Assembly: GCA_027451905.1 (NCBI GenBank)
Contig: DAIDHV010000008.1
Span: forward strand, 1-64,000
From: Armatimonadota bacterium
GTDB lineage: Bacteria > Armatimonadota > Fimbriimonadia > Fimbriimonadales > Fimbriimonadaceae
Direction of reading: 5' to 3'
DNA: 64,000 bases
Positions 40,891 to 50,212 of this stretch are shown here, one piece after another. Position 1 is the stretch's first letter. Each line of letters begins with the position of its first letter. The notes under the pieces were generated by a model that ran no database searches, was not told the DNA's origin, and was given only the letters and a program-made list of their open reading frames with translations. Position numbers and translations under genes: made by a program.

Positions 40891-42036
40891 TTGGATCGCT
40901 CGCAACTTGCGGTGAAGGTTCCTTTTTACGATATTAAAGCCCAATACGATGAACTTCAACAGCCGATTGACGCGGCGGTTCATGAAGTGATCTCGTCGGG
41001 CACGTACACCATTAGCGGCGGGAAACACTGCCTTCAATTGGAAGAAGCCGTTGCCAAATTCCACCAAACCAAGCATGCCATCTCCCTCAATTCGGGCACC
41101 GATGCCTTGCGCATCTTGATGGACTCCGCCGGAATTGGCCCGGGCGACGAAGTGATAACGACCGCCTTTACCTTTGTCGCCAGTGTTGAGACCATCATGC
41201 AAACCGGCGCCGCTCCCGTATTTGCCGATATCGAGCTAGACACGCTGCAGATTGACCCCCGCTCTATTGAAGCCGCCATTACGCCTAGAACAAAGGCAAT
41301 CATGCCCGTTCACTTGTTTGGACAAATGGCAGACGTTGACGCCATCTCTGCGATTGCCAAAAGGCACAATTTGATTGTCATTGAGGACACGGCTCAGGCT
41401 ATAGGATCTCGCCATAATGGAGTTCCTGCTGGCAATTTTGGGATCGGGGCTGGATTAAGTTTTTACGTCACCAAAAATCTTGGCGCGGCTGGAGATGCGG
41501 GCATGATCCTTACAAACGACGACGCTATTGCCGAATCTTGCCGATCGATCCGCGTTCATGGAATGGGCCGAGAGCGGTACTACTACGATCATCTTGGCTA
41601 CACTAGCCGGATGGATGAAGTTCAGGCCGCCTTTTTGCATGTCAAGCTTTCGGCTTTGGAAAAATGGAACAACAGACGCGCTCAGCTGGCAGCTATTTAC
41701 GAAGAGGTCTTAGCTGATTCCAACCTAAAACTTCTAAAAACCCTTCCTGGCAACAACCACACTTACCACCAATATGCGGTTCTATGTGAGCGGCGCGATG
41801 AGCTCCAAGCGGAGTTAAGGAAGGCAGAGGTGGACAGCATGATTTACTATCCGGTTCCCATTCACAAGCATCTGCCATACAAAGGTTGCAAAATCGGCCC
41901 CACTGGTCTCGCTCGGTCAGAAGAGGCGGCAAACACCGTACTTTGTTTGCCGGTTCATCCCCACCTGCAAGAAGATCAGGTTCAATTTGCCGCAGAACAG
42001 GCTAAAAACTTCAGCCTCAACTTAGTAGCAAGATAG
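40891..42036 (+). CDS. DegT/DnrJ/EryC1/StrS-family sugar aminotransferase
   Basis: PLP enzyme with the characteristic N-terminal and Lys regions of the DegT family. Confidence 0.85.
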   Translation: MDRSQLAVKVPFYDIKAQYDELQQPIDAAVHEVISSGTYTISGGKHCLQLEEAVAKFHQTKHAISLNSGTDALRILMDSAGIGPGDEVITTAFTFVASVETIMQTGAAPVFADIELDTLQIDPRSIEAAITPRTKAIMPVHLFGQMADVDAISAIAKRHNLIVIEDTAQAIGSRHNGVPAGNFGIGAGLSFYVTKNLGAAGDAGMILTNDDAIAESCRSIRVHGMGRERYYYDHLGYTSRMDEVQAAFLHVKLSALEKWNNRRAQLAAIYEEVLADSNLKLLKTLPGNNHTYHQYAVLCERRDELQAELRKAEVDSMIYYPVPIHKHLPYKGCKIGPTGLARSEEAANTVLCLPVHPHLQEDQVQFAAEQAKNFSLNLVAR

Positions 42037-42112
42037 GCTGCCCTAAAGGGCCATAGCCTGCACTTGGGCTTAACTCTCCAAGCCCAAGCGCAGAAAAGAG
42101 AGACGCCAACGT

Positions 42113-43483
42113 CTAAGAGAAACCCAATTCGATCACTCGCTTTTTGACCAGTTCACGAAATGCACCCGAAGCCGCGTCCACCTGGTCATCATGGGCGCCG
42201 GCAGTTGGAAAAAGGGCCAACTCATTAAGAAAATCTAGGTTCCATGGTGCTCGGACGAGCCGAACATGACCCGCTTCTGCCTGGGCACTCAGAGGCTTGG
42301 CCCTTGCCGTTTTGTCTCCCGAGGAGCGCACGCCTCGAAAATCAAATCCACAAAGGATTTCCCGCCGATACCGATCAACCAAACCAACTCCGCTGCTCCC
42401 TGGCTCTTGCTCCATCCTAACGCTGACCATTTCCCCATCCAGCTGGGCAGTTTGCCTGACCAATTTCTCGACCGTCAAAGGTGTTTCCCGGACGCGGCGC
42501 ACATCTTCAATGGTCAGCCGTCCATCTTGCCCTCGGTTCATTAGCACTCCCACCGTGTAGTCGGGATCGGTGCCTTTTGTTGCCTTTGTGGCAGCGAGGT
42601 CCCAAAATCGCACCCGCTGACCGCCAGGAGGCGGCAGCTCTACAATGCCAAACCATTCCGGCTTGAATAGATTTCCCCCTTCTACCACGTCCCAATCTCC
42701 GTCTAGCAGCCGCTTGCGATCTACCAAATTGAGGGCCCTTAAGTTGGCCAAATAGCCCGGATCTCTTGCCATTAAAATGGCATTGTCATAGATATTAGAG
42801 CAGATAAACGCCACACTTTTACGATTCGGGGACGGCTGGTTGTGCCAAACCGAGACGCCTGCTTCTCTTTCTAAATAGCGCATCTCGCCGCTTGAAGCGT
42901 GAAGAGGATGAGAAGGATCAAGCCACGGGGCTAGGAAAGATTTGACCCAGCTTGTGGCATCGGGGTTGGTTGTTGCTCGAACATACGGCCGGATTCCACA
43001 CGTGGATCGATTGCGGCTAAGAAGATAAAAAAATTGAGATTCGGTAAAGTGGGTCAGCTCATCAAGACCAAGGCCGCAGATTTGAGCACCCTGAAATTGA
43101 AGCTTGTCTTTTTCGTATTGCAAGGAATCGAACCGGATTTTTGATCCCGCCGGAAACTCCCACTCCATCTTGATCTCCTTTCCCTTGGCGCCAAGAAGAG
43201 GGTACAGATTTTGGGATTCATCCCATAATCCGCCTTCCATCCGAACTTGCTCTGAAGTGCGGCGAAAAATCACCGCGCCAAAGGCAGGATTCTTGACGTG
43301 ACGCAGAAACTCTAACAACAAGGCGTAGGTTTTGCCGCCCCCCGCCGCACCGCCATAAATGGCAATGTCGGCTGGGGAGCTTAGAAAGGTTGTTTGAGGA
43401 CCTGGCTGAGGCCCGATTTTGACCATCACTTTTTTGGGGGGAATGGCTTTGCCAATGCAGCCAACGGATGGAGGAGGATTCAA
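42113..43483 (-). CDS. terL: Phage terminase large subunit
   Basis: Walker A GGAAGGGKT, Walker B LDELTHF, C-terminal RNaseH-like nuclease with HDDQVDA. Confidence 0.85.
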   Translation of the reverse strand: MNPPPSVGCIGKAIPPKKVMVKIGPQPGPQTTFLSSPADIAIYGGAAGGGKTYALLLEFLRHVKNPAFGAVIFRRTSEQVRMEGGLWDESQNLYPLLGAKGKEIKMEWEFPAGSKIRFDSLQYEKDKLQFQGAQICGLGLDELTHFTESQFFYLLSRNRSTCGIRPYVRATTNPDATSWVKSFLAPWLDPSHPLHASSGEMRYLEREAGVSVWHNQPSPNRKSVAFICSNIYDNAILMARDPGYLANLRALNLVDRKRLLDGDWDVVEGGNLFKPEWFGIVELPPPGGQRVRFWDLAATKATKGTDPDYTVGVLMNRGQDGRLTIEDVRRVRETPLTVEKLVRQTAQLDGEMVSVRMEQEPGSSGVGLVDRYRREILCGFDFRGVRSSGDKTARAKPLSAQAEAGHVRLVRAPWNLDFLNELALFPTAGAHDDQVDAASGAFRELVKKRVIELGFS

Positions 43484-43776
43484 GGAGAAGATCGGCCATT
43501 GTCGGGCAGAACAATAACAACTCTGCTTTCCATGCCAACTTCTGCCGATGTGTGAACGGTAGCAGCGGGCTTTCCAAAGGCTCGGTTTAGTAAATATTCG
43601 ATTGCCAGCCGATCAGGGGGACGCGTAAACACCGCTTCACCCGATTCATCAAAAACTCTGATGCCATCGGCAAGCTCCATCATCCTCTCCACAAGGTCGG
43701 GCACCCTTGGCAAGATTCTGCCTACCGCACTGTCGGCTGCTTTTTGAGCAGATGGCTTTTTGGTGCCTACAGCCAT
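43480..43776 (-). CDS. Small protein translationally coupled to terL (possible terminase small subunit or helper)
   Basis: 4-nt overlap with terL; size and position only. Confidence 0.35.
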   Translation of the reverse strand: MAVGTKKPSAQKAADSAVGRILPRVPDLVERMMELADGIRVFDESGEAVFTRPPDRLAIEYLLNRAFGKPAATVHTSAEVGMESRVVIVLPDNGRSSP

Positions 43777-43961
43777 CCCGTAAGCAGCACGCCCCGCTCA
43801 TCAAAAAGAACCCTAGCCCCTGCGGGAACCACATCATTGGAAGACTGCACCGAAAATGTCTTTTGGTCCAGACCGTAATTAAGGACGATGGTGCGGTTTA
43901 GCCTGCCAAACGTGATGCCAAAGGCGCGAAATTTGATATTTAAATTTATGTGAAAACTCAT
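43767..43961 (-). CDS. Small hypothetical protein (65 aa) in the prophage module
   Basis: ORF with ATG preceded by an AT-rich promoter-like region. Confidence 0.25.
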   Translation of the reverse strand: MSFHINLNIKFRAFGITFGRLNRTIVLNYGLDQKTFSVQSSNDVVPAGARVLFDERGVLLTGWL

Positions 43962-44206
43962 ATTTTCTGACGAATTGAAGATTTTTTGGTCATTTAGTCC
44001 CGAACTTAGAGAACATGGAATGAAATTTGAAAGATTTGTCGTACAATAATAAAAGACATTGTTGTCGTGTAAAGTAACGACAAACCTAGCTTGGAACATC
44101 GGAGACATTCGCAGCAGCAAAATTATTTCAATATCATTTGCAAGTTATTCTGCCCGTAGTACTAGTGGTACAGCGGGCTTTTTCTTTGATCGGGACCAAT
44201 TTGCGT

Positions 44207-44392
44207 TTAAGAAGCTGGAGGGTTGAACCGAAATAACTTCAATCCAACCACTCCGCTCAGCAAAGCTGCTATTGCTTGCCCGCAGGTGGGCCACCGGTTA
44301 GAGGCAAAAATGGGGGTGAGGGCGGCAAGGTAAGAGCCAAGAAAGGCTGCAATATATTTGGCAACCAAGGGTCCAGTTAGTTTTGAGTTCAT
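44207..44392 (-). CDS. Small 2-TM membrane protein (holin-like)
   Basis: 61 aa with two hydrophobic helices; sits within the lysis cassette. Confidence 0.4.
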   Translation of the reverse strand: MNSKLTGPLVAKYIAAFLGSYLAALTPIFASNRWPTCGQAIAALLSGVVGLKLFRFNPPAS

Positions 44393-44480
44393 CGAGATTC
44401 TTTGGGGGTTAAGGGGGGTTGGATTTGGAAGTCTTAAGGATTTTCAGTTCCAAGCACAGCGGCAAAACGGGGATGAGGTG

Positions 44481-44774
44481 TTAGGGTTTTAGGGTGCGGC
44501 TTTCGATGAGGCGATCCAGTTTGGCTTCAATCCGATCCAAGGTTCGACCTTGGTTGCTCACGTGGGTTTCCGCCGCCGTCAGACGGTTATCAAGCCTGTC
44601 TAGCCTCTCGCGGACCAGACGGTGCCTCTCCTCTGACACCTTGGAGGCGGCATCCACTTCCTTGATCTGATCTCGGATCGACTCGTTGGCACCCTTGTAC
44701 TTGCCGCCAAACCACAGGGCGCCTCCAGTGAACAAAACAATCGGCCAAATGGCAGATATCCATCCAGGATTCAC
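44481..44774 (-). CDS. N-terminal TM plus coiled-coil protein (holin/spanin-like lysis accessory)
   Basis: TM WISAIWPIVLFTGGALWF followed by a charged coiled-coil; lies between the endolysin and the holin-like gene. Confidence 0.4.
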   Translation of the reverse strand: MNPGWISAIWPIVLFTGGALWFGGKYKGANESIRDQIKEVDAASKVSEERHRLVRERLDRLDNRLTAAETHVSNQGRTLDRIEAKLDRLIESRTLKP

Positions 44775-44783
44775 TTTTCTGGC

Positions 44784-45383
44784 TTACTCCCACCATGCGC
44801 CGCCCTGAAAATCGTCGCACCGTAAAAACCACATTTCTCCTCCGTTGAAAACCGGATGGGTTTTTTGATACGCTCCATCCGCCCCGGCTCCATCAGGAGG
44901 CGTGGTGTTGTACTCTACCGTGCCAATCGAGATGACCTGATCACCTGCATCGGTGAGCCTTTTTTCCACAAATCCAATATGGCCGTGGCCATTGGCAAGA
45001 GTCCAACCGAAGAGGGCGCCATGCCAATCTAAAAGATTCTGGGGGTCATGACTCAGCCTGCCTCGGGCCTCAAACCAGTCGCGGATGTCTTTGGCAAGCC
45101 CATGAAATGGAAATCCAGACGCGCCCGCTTGATGAAAACACCAAGAGACTCCCGCCGCGCAATAAGGCGAGCCAATAGGATTGCCCACAAACCGATTGAG
45201 AGCGTTGATGCGGGGGTTGACATCGTCACGTTTAAGGTCTCGCAGCGGCAGCTGAACATCAAGAAGCGCCCAATCCAGTGCGGTTCTTGCCTTGATCTTA
45301 GTACTTTTTTGTTCACTTGCCCCCAATTTAGGCCACCCCTTTGTTTGCCTGACCAGCAAGGCACTTTCTTGCCCGCCAAACAT
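44784..45383 (-). CDS. CHAP-domain peptidoglycan hydrolase (endolysin-like)
   Basis: Cys...His CHAP signature: SPYCAAGVSWC and GHGHIGFV. Confidence 0.65.
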   Translation of the reverse strand: MFGGQESALLVRQTKGWPKLGASEQKSTKIKARTALDWALLDVQLPLRDLKRDDVNPRINALNRFVGNPIGSPYCAAGVSWCFHQAGASGFPFHGLAKDIRDWFEARGRLSHDPQNLLDWHGALFGWTLANGHGHIGFVEKRLTDAGDQVISIGTVEYNTTPPDGAGADGAYQKTHPVFNGGEMWFLRCDDFQGGAWWE

Positions 45384-45948
45384 AGGTGCGGATGGTAGCC
45401 TCGGTTGCCCCCATCACAGCAGCCGCTTCTCGGCAGCTCATGCCAAGGATCGTCACGCAAGCAAGGGCACGTCGGTAGGGTGTTGGAAGGCACTCCAGAC
45501 GGTCATAAACGTCATCAAATTCATCAGACGGGCCCTCTTCACAAATAGCGCCATCAAGGGCAGAATCACACGAAACCGTCTTTGGCGAGCGATCAGATTT
45601 GCGCCTCATGGCAGAGGCTTCTGACCTGATAATCGTGCCGATCCAGGTTCCAAACGAGCCGAGACTGGGGTTAAATTGCTTCCATTTGCTGCAAACCGCA
45701 AGACGAACGGAAGAGGCAAGATCTTCTTGATCTTCGCGGCTTTTGGTGGAACTTTTGCAGAGTTTTGCAATGAGCCCTTCGTGTTTAAACAGGGCAAGTT
45801 CAACCGCTTTTTGATCCTCGGAGGATAGCATCTTGCCGATCGGCTCGGCGTCGTCGGTTGGAAGCAGAACAGCACGAACCGGGTCCGATTCTTCAAGGGT
45901 CAAGCAGGGGGAACAAGAAGCTTCAGCAGCCTGAGCTTGGGATAACAT
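45328..45948 (-). CDS. ECF-type sigma-70 family factor
   Basis: Region 2 and region 4 HTH (LPTPYRRALACVTILGMSCREAAAVMGATEATIRTYVWRARKCL). Start taken at MLSQAQ. Confidence 0.7.
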   Translation of the reverse strand: MLSQAQAAEASCSPCLTLEESDPVRAVLLPTDDAEPIGKMLSSEDQKAVELALFKHEGLIAKLCKSSTKSREDQEDLASSVRLAVCSKWKQFNPSLGSFGTWIGTIIRSEASAMRRKSDRSPKTVSCDSALDGAICEEGPSDEFDDVYDRLECLPTPYRRALACVTILGMSCREAAAVMGATEATIRTYVWRARKCLAGQANKGVA

Positions 45949-46013
45949 GGCGCAAGTTTGGATAGGTTGAAAAGCAATCACAATTACTAAATAGTATCTT
46001 TTTGTCTTATATG

Positions 46014-46044
46014 TTGACATTTTAGGCTTACATTTAGATACAAT
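46014..46044 (+). promoter_or_regulatory. Sigma-70-like promoter (TTGACA ... TACAAT) for the repressor gene, inside the divergent sigma/repressor control region
   Basis: TTGACA at 46014-46019 and TACAAT at 46039-46044; spacing is somewhat long. An alternative -10 is possible. Confidence 0.4.
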
Positions 46045-46050
46045 AAGTTA

Positions 46051-46788
46051 GTGGATGCAGGAAGGAAACTGGCAATGGCAAGGCGATACTTTGCTCCTGC
46101 CCTCAATCAGGCGGAGCTTGCCGCGAGGCTCCGAGTTTCTAGGTCCACAGTGGCACGATGGGAAACCGAAGGCAGCCCCACTCCCGAGGCGATCAGCAAG
46201 GTTGCTCATTGGCTTGGGATTGATCCTTTTTGGTTCACCGACGGATCGAGTCATCCTCCAAGATTTGCGGGCGGAGAGCCTTCCAATGCAAGGCAGGTCA
46301 AGCCACTAGAATCTGAATTTGCATCATTCTCTTTGTCGAGGGGCGATCAGGTGCTGCTGCCAATTTGGAGAGGGGTCATGGCGAGTGAAGGCGAGTGCGA
46401 ATTTTGGCCGTCTGATTCAGTAGAGTTTAGGGTTGCGCCCTCCTTTTTAGCCTCTGCTGACCCTGAATCTCACATTCTTTGCATAGCAAGCGGGATGAGC
46501 ATGGCCCCAAGGATTGACCACGCCGAGAAGGCGATTGCCAAAATTGATCCCGATCCGCCGATCGGAGCCATTGTCATTGCTCGGCGTCCGGATGGGGCCA
46601 ATTTCATCAAGGTCCTAAAAAAGGCAGATAATCGCCGCCTAGAATTGCACAGCCTTAATCCCGATTTTCCTCCCATTACCAGTTCAAGGGATTGGCAGCT
46701 CAAGGGCTATGTGGTCGCCATTTTGCACACCTACCACGGCGCCGGCGCCAATATTGAGTGGGACGACGGTCGCCCCCTCCGCGGCTAA
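46051..46788 (+). CDS. CI/LexA-like repressor: XRE-type HTH plus S24 peptidase (autocleavable) domain
   Basis: HTH (QAELAARLRVSRSTVARWE); S24 Ser motif GMSMAPRI and downstream Lys (FIKVLKK). Confidence 0.8.
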   Translation: MDAGRKLAMARRYFAPALNQAELAARLRVSRSTVARWETEGSPTPEAISKVAHWLGIDPFWFTDGSSHPPRFAGGEPSNARQVKPLESEFASFSLSRGDQVLLPIWRGVMASEGECEFWPSDSVEFRVAPSFLASADPESHILCIASGMSMAPRIDHAEKAIAKIDPDPPIGAIVIARRPDGANFIKVLKKADNRRLELHSLNPDFPPITSSRDWQLKGYVVAILHTYHGAGANIEWDDGRPLRG

Positions 46789-46960
46789 GCACCATCTATA
46801 GGCGAGGCATTGATTAGCCAGGCAAATCTGCTTCCATGACACCCAGAAAACTATTTGCGGGCGATGAGAGATTTACCCAGTTCAGTCTCAGAGGCTGGGG
46901 GCAGGTCCCAGTCTGCATAGCCAACACTACTTCCAAACCATTAGCACACCAAAGTGATCT

Positions 46961-47608
46961 GTGCTAGAGTCATTGAAACGAATGGATAACGATAATCGCC
47001 ATCTGCAATACTTAGAACAAATTCGCAGGTGGCCGGATGGCCGACTCGTGAAGTTTTCTAAGCGCGAGGATCAGGCCGACGGTTCCGTCATTTTCTCACA
47101 ACCCTACTCGAAAACGTACACAAGAGAACTAGGGAAAAAAGGTCCAGTTATTTGTGCTACAGTGCCCAGAGACGGATTAAGCCTTATTTTTAAAATCTTG
47201 GAATCTAAGCCCGAACCGTTTATGTTTCTCTATGTCCTTGTGGTATCCGCGGCTGGAGGAGGGTCAGAAGGTCGTTATCAGTTTGAGGATTGGGTTGATC
47301 GACCCTATCTTTACGACTGGCTCACGCATCACCGAGACTTCCTAGAGCAGGATGGCCGACATAATCTTTGGATCTTATGTGGGGATCAATCGCAAATTGT
47401 TTATGATCGCCATGAAACCCTTTACCTGTATGGTGACCCTGATCCAATGGAGGCTATCCTCAAGGCAGACGGGTATCAAGAAGGTGAATTCGCGGTAGAT
47501 TTTGCCCATTCTCACCACTATCATCGAGAGTTCAACCATTTTGAAAAAGCCATTGCCGAGAGTGAGGAGTTCATATTTTTTCCTCTTGTGCCTGAGCAGG
47601 ATATTTAG
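46961..47608 (+). CDS. Hypothetical protein (215 aa) flanked by an imperfect direct repeat
   Basis: ORF with no recognised domain. Confidence 0.45.
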   Translation: MLESLKRMDNDNRHLQYLEQIRRWPDGRLVKFSKREDQADGSVIFSQPYSKTYTRELGKKGPVICATVPRDGLSLIFKILESKPEPFMFLYVLVVSAAGGGSEGRYQFEDWVDRPYLYDWLTHHRDFLEQDGRHNLWILCGDQSQIVYDRHETLYLYGDPDPMEAILKADGYQEGEFAVDFAHSHHYHREFNHFEKAIAESEEFIFFPLVPEQDI

Positions 47609-47696
47609 CCCCTTCCTTGCCATTAAGCGCCGCGCTACCTTCTTCATTCTTTTATCCCCTTTGAGATGCAACAAGGAACTAAAGAACTTGAGGAAA

Positions 47697-47735
47697 AATA
47701 TCAAATGGGACGACAGCCGCCCACTGAGAGGCTGA
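47697..47735 (+). repeat. Second, degenerate copy of the repressor 3' end (encodes ...NIKWDDSRPLRG-stop versus NIEWDDGRPLRG-stop at 46750-46788)
   Basis: About 28 of 39 nt identical, with mostly synonymous differences. Confidence 0.6.
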
Positions 47736-47772
47736 CCGCCGTCAAATTTGTAAAAAGTTTGTTCAACTAAGG

Positions 47773-49431
47773 CTACTCCGATTCGATCCGAAGGGCGTAG
47801 GCATAAAGGCAAGGAGGGTGGTCTGGCAGCTCCACGGTTAGCCCTTCTGATCCTTGATGGAAACTTATTTTGCCACGATGCCCCAAAAGCTCAACCGACC
47901 TCACTTTTTTGCCAAATACCGCACTTGACGAACCCAACGCCTTAAAGCTGACCTGGCTGCCTGTGGGCCAGCCCAAGAAGAAGGCATAAATGGTATCTCC
48001 TTTGGTGACGTACCGCTTATCAGCGGCAGAATACTGCTGAGAGCCCTCATTAAAGTTCGATTGATACCCACCGTTTTGTTTTCGATCAACATCCGGCCCT
48101 TCACCATAAATCACCCATGGCCGCGTAGAATGAATCGCGTCTTGGTTCACTTCCATCCAGTCTCCAAAAAGATTCACAAATTTCTCTTCTTCTGAATCTA
48201 TTTCCCCGTTCCCTCTCACGGGTATGTTCAACAGCAAATTCCCGTTTTTGCTAATGATGTCGATCAGCATGTGGGCAACTCTTTCCGGGGTTTTGTAGGC
48301 TTTATGCTCATAAATCCACCGGCTGTAGTGCCAATCGCCAATGCAGGTATCGGTTTGCCAATGAAATGGCTCGATTCGATCTGCCAATCCCCGCTCGATA
48401 TCCCACGTTATCGCCTTTCTTTGGCTTTCGTTCAGGAGTTTCCCCGTCATGATGCACTCATTTTTGCCCCCGTTTTTGGCAGCGCTCGTGTTGTACAAAT
48501 GGGCGGCAATCCGTAGCCCATAAGAGGGGTCGGTATCGTACAAAGGCATCACATAGTCATCAAAGTAGAGCAAATCGGGTGAGTATTGGTTGATCAGATC
48601 AATCACCCGATTAAAAAACTTTTCGCAGTAGGCCTGGTTGGGTTTGGCGCCGATCGGGTGGTTTTGGGCGTACAAATCTTGGGGATCATAACCTTCCCAC
48701 CAATGGCCAACCCCATCGGCTTTGGTTAGCTTTCCATCATAGGGAATGCCCTGGAATGGGCCATCTGCATCTGCCCCTTGGGCTACTTCAAACCAAGACC
48801 ACGTGCGTGCCGCGTGGCAGGTCACTCCAAACTTCAATCCTGCGCTTCTGGCTTCTCTTTCCCAAGTTCCCACAATATCCCGCTTGGGACCAATGTTCAT
48901 CACGTTCCAAGGCTGATACTTGCTGTTAAAGCAGTCCAAATTGTCGTGATGATTGGCAAGGGCCACAAAGTATTTAGCTCCTGCCCGCTTGTACAAGCCG
49001 ATCAGCCGGTGAGGATTCCAGTTTTCTGCGTGCCACCGATGGTCAATATCCTTAAAACCCATGTAACTGGGGTGACCATAATGCTGCGCCTGATACTTGT
49101 AATCATGGTTCAAAGACCGTTTGCCGTGGTCCTCGTTGTATTCAACATACATGGATCGGGCATACCAATCGCCTTGCTCGGGCACACATTGGGCGGTCCA
49201 GTGGGCCCAAAATCCCAATTTGGCGTCTTCAAACCATTCTGGAGTCTGAAAGTGAGACAGAGAATCCCAATTGGGCTGAAACGGACCCGAAGCAATCGGC
49301 AACGTCTCTTGGACCGGTGACGGCGTCGAGAGGGCAGAAGCCAGGCCTCGACCAGAAGCAGGCAACACAGAGGCAGCCGCGCTGGTGACGGCTCCATAAA
49401 GAACGGTTCGGCGGGTTAGATTTTCGCTCAT
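47773..49431 (-). CDS. GH29 alpha-L-fucosidase with twin-arginine signal
   Basis: RRTVLYGAVTSAAASVL Tat motif. GH29 catalytic-domain similarity, including the region around the catalytic Asp. Confidence 0.85.
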   Translation of the reverse strand: MSENLTRRTVLYGAVTSAAASVLPASGRGLASALSTPSPVQETLPIASGPFQPNWDSLSHFQTPEWFEDAKLGFWAHWTAQCVPEQGDWYARSMYVEYNEDHGKRSLNHDYKYQAQHYGHPSYMGFKDIDHRWHAENWNPHRLIGLYKRAGAKYFVALANHHDNLDCFNSKYQPWNVMNIGPKRDIVGTWEREARSAGLKFGVTCHAARTWSWFEVAQGADADGPFQGIPYDGKLTKADGVGHWWEGYDPQDLYAQNHPIGAKPNQAYCEKFFNRVIDLINQYSPDLLYFDDYVMPLYDTDPSYGLRIAAHLYNTSAAKNGGKNECIMTGKLLNESQRKAITWDIERGLADRIEPFHWQTDTCIGDWHYSRWIYEHKAYKTPERVAHMLIDIISKNGNLLLNIPVRGNGEIDSEEEKFVNLFGDWMEVNQDAIHSTRPWVIYGEGPDVDRKQNGGYQSNFNEGSQQYSAADKRYVTKGDTIYAFFLGWPTGSQVSFKALGSSSAVFGKKVRSVELLGHRGKISFHQGSEGLTVELPDHPPCLYAYALRIESE

Positions 49432-49651
49432 TGTTATTGGAATTCCAAGTTCAGCCAGTTTAACAGAAACTTGCTTGGGGCGAAGTCATTATCTTTGCCG
49501 AGCGGCCAAGGCTGATTATGCACCCGCCTATTCGGGGCAAAACTCCAAGTAAAGGACGTTTCACAGTCCGGGCCTTAGCTTGGAGTGCACCCAGAAAGTA
49601 GCGTCTACATCAACGGCTGAAATCTCGTTCTCGCTCATACCCACCACCTTA

Positions 49652-49880
49652 GCGTCTTTGCGTCTTCGCGTGAAAATAGATCTCGCAAAGCCGCAGAGGC
49701 GCAAAGGAGTTCCTCAAAGTTTGTTCGCCAACCACTTGATCCCACCTAAACTTCTTAGCGGCTTAGCGTCTTCGCGTGAAAATTCATCCCGCAGAGGCGC
49801 AAAGAAGCGCAAAGGTTTTCCTCAAAGTTTGTTCACCACCCTCTTGATCCCGTCCTTGATCAATGATTCACCAAAATTGA
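49652..49880. repeat. Two tandem ~115-bp repeat units (GCGTCTTCGCGTGAAAAT...CGCAAAGCCGCAGAGGCGCAAAGGA...TTGATCCC...CTAAACTTCTTAGCGGCTTA). Further copies at 50213-50510.
   Basis: The 18-nt cores recur at 49652, 49766, 50213, 50331 and 50444, and the intervening ~95 nt are alignable. Confidence 0.75.
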
Positions 49881-50196
49881 CCAAAAGCCCCAGCCTCAGA
49901 TCAGATAGCCGGAGATACGTTAGCAGGATTTTATAGGCCACTGGCGGCACGATTTCTAACGACTTAATCTCGACGATGACCCTACCCTCCACGATCAGGT
50001 CAGCTCGAAAACCATCCTCCAGTTTTACGCCTTCGTACACAACTGGAATCGGCCGCTGCCTGTCGACACGTAGCCCCCGAGCCTTCAACTCGTACTCAAG
50101 GACGGTCTCGTACACTGACTCCAACAGTCCGGGCCCTAGCTTGGAGTGCACCTTGAAAGCCGCGTCTACAATAATGGCTGAAATCTCGTTCTCGCT
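49822..50196 (-). CDS. GxxExxY family protein (PD-(D/E)xK nuclease fold)
   Basis: GPGLLESVYE motif. A 27-codon duplicate of its 5' end lies at 49565-49651. Confidence 0.75.
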   Translation of the reverse strand, partial: SENEISAIIVDAAFKVHSKLGPGLLESVYETVLEYELKARGLRVDRQRPIPVVYEGVKLEDGFRADLIVEGRVIVEIKSLEIVPPVAYKILLTYLRLSDLRLGLLVNFGESLIKDGIKRVVNKL

Positions 50197-50212
50197 CATA
50201 CCCACCACCTTA

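Larger units (their letters stand above)
42113..45948 (-). mobile_element. Prophage-derived module: terminase large subunit, small ORFs, holin/spanin-like proteins, CHAP endolysin and an ECF-type sigma factor. No portal, capsid, tail or integrase genes are present.
   Basis: Gene content and lambda-like lysis-then-terminase order. AT-rich regulatory regions with operator-like repeats. Confidence 0.55.

Noticed and set aside
47375-47812. 145-aa minus-strand ORF and 77-aa plus-strand ORF in the intergenic region before the fucosidase gene
   Set aside because: Both overlap neighbouring genes and have implausible composition. The region is better explained as intergenic DNA carrying the degenerate repeat of the repressor 3' end.
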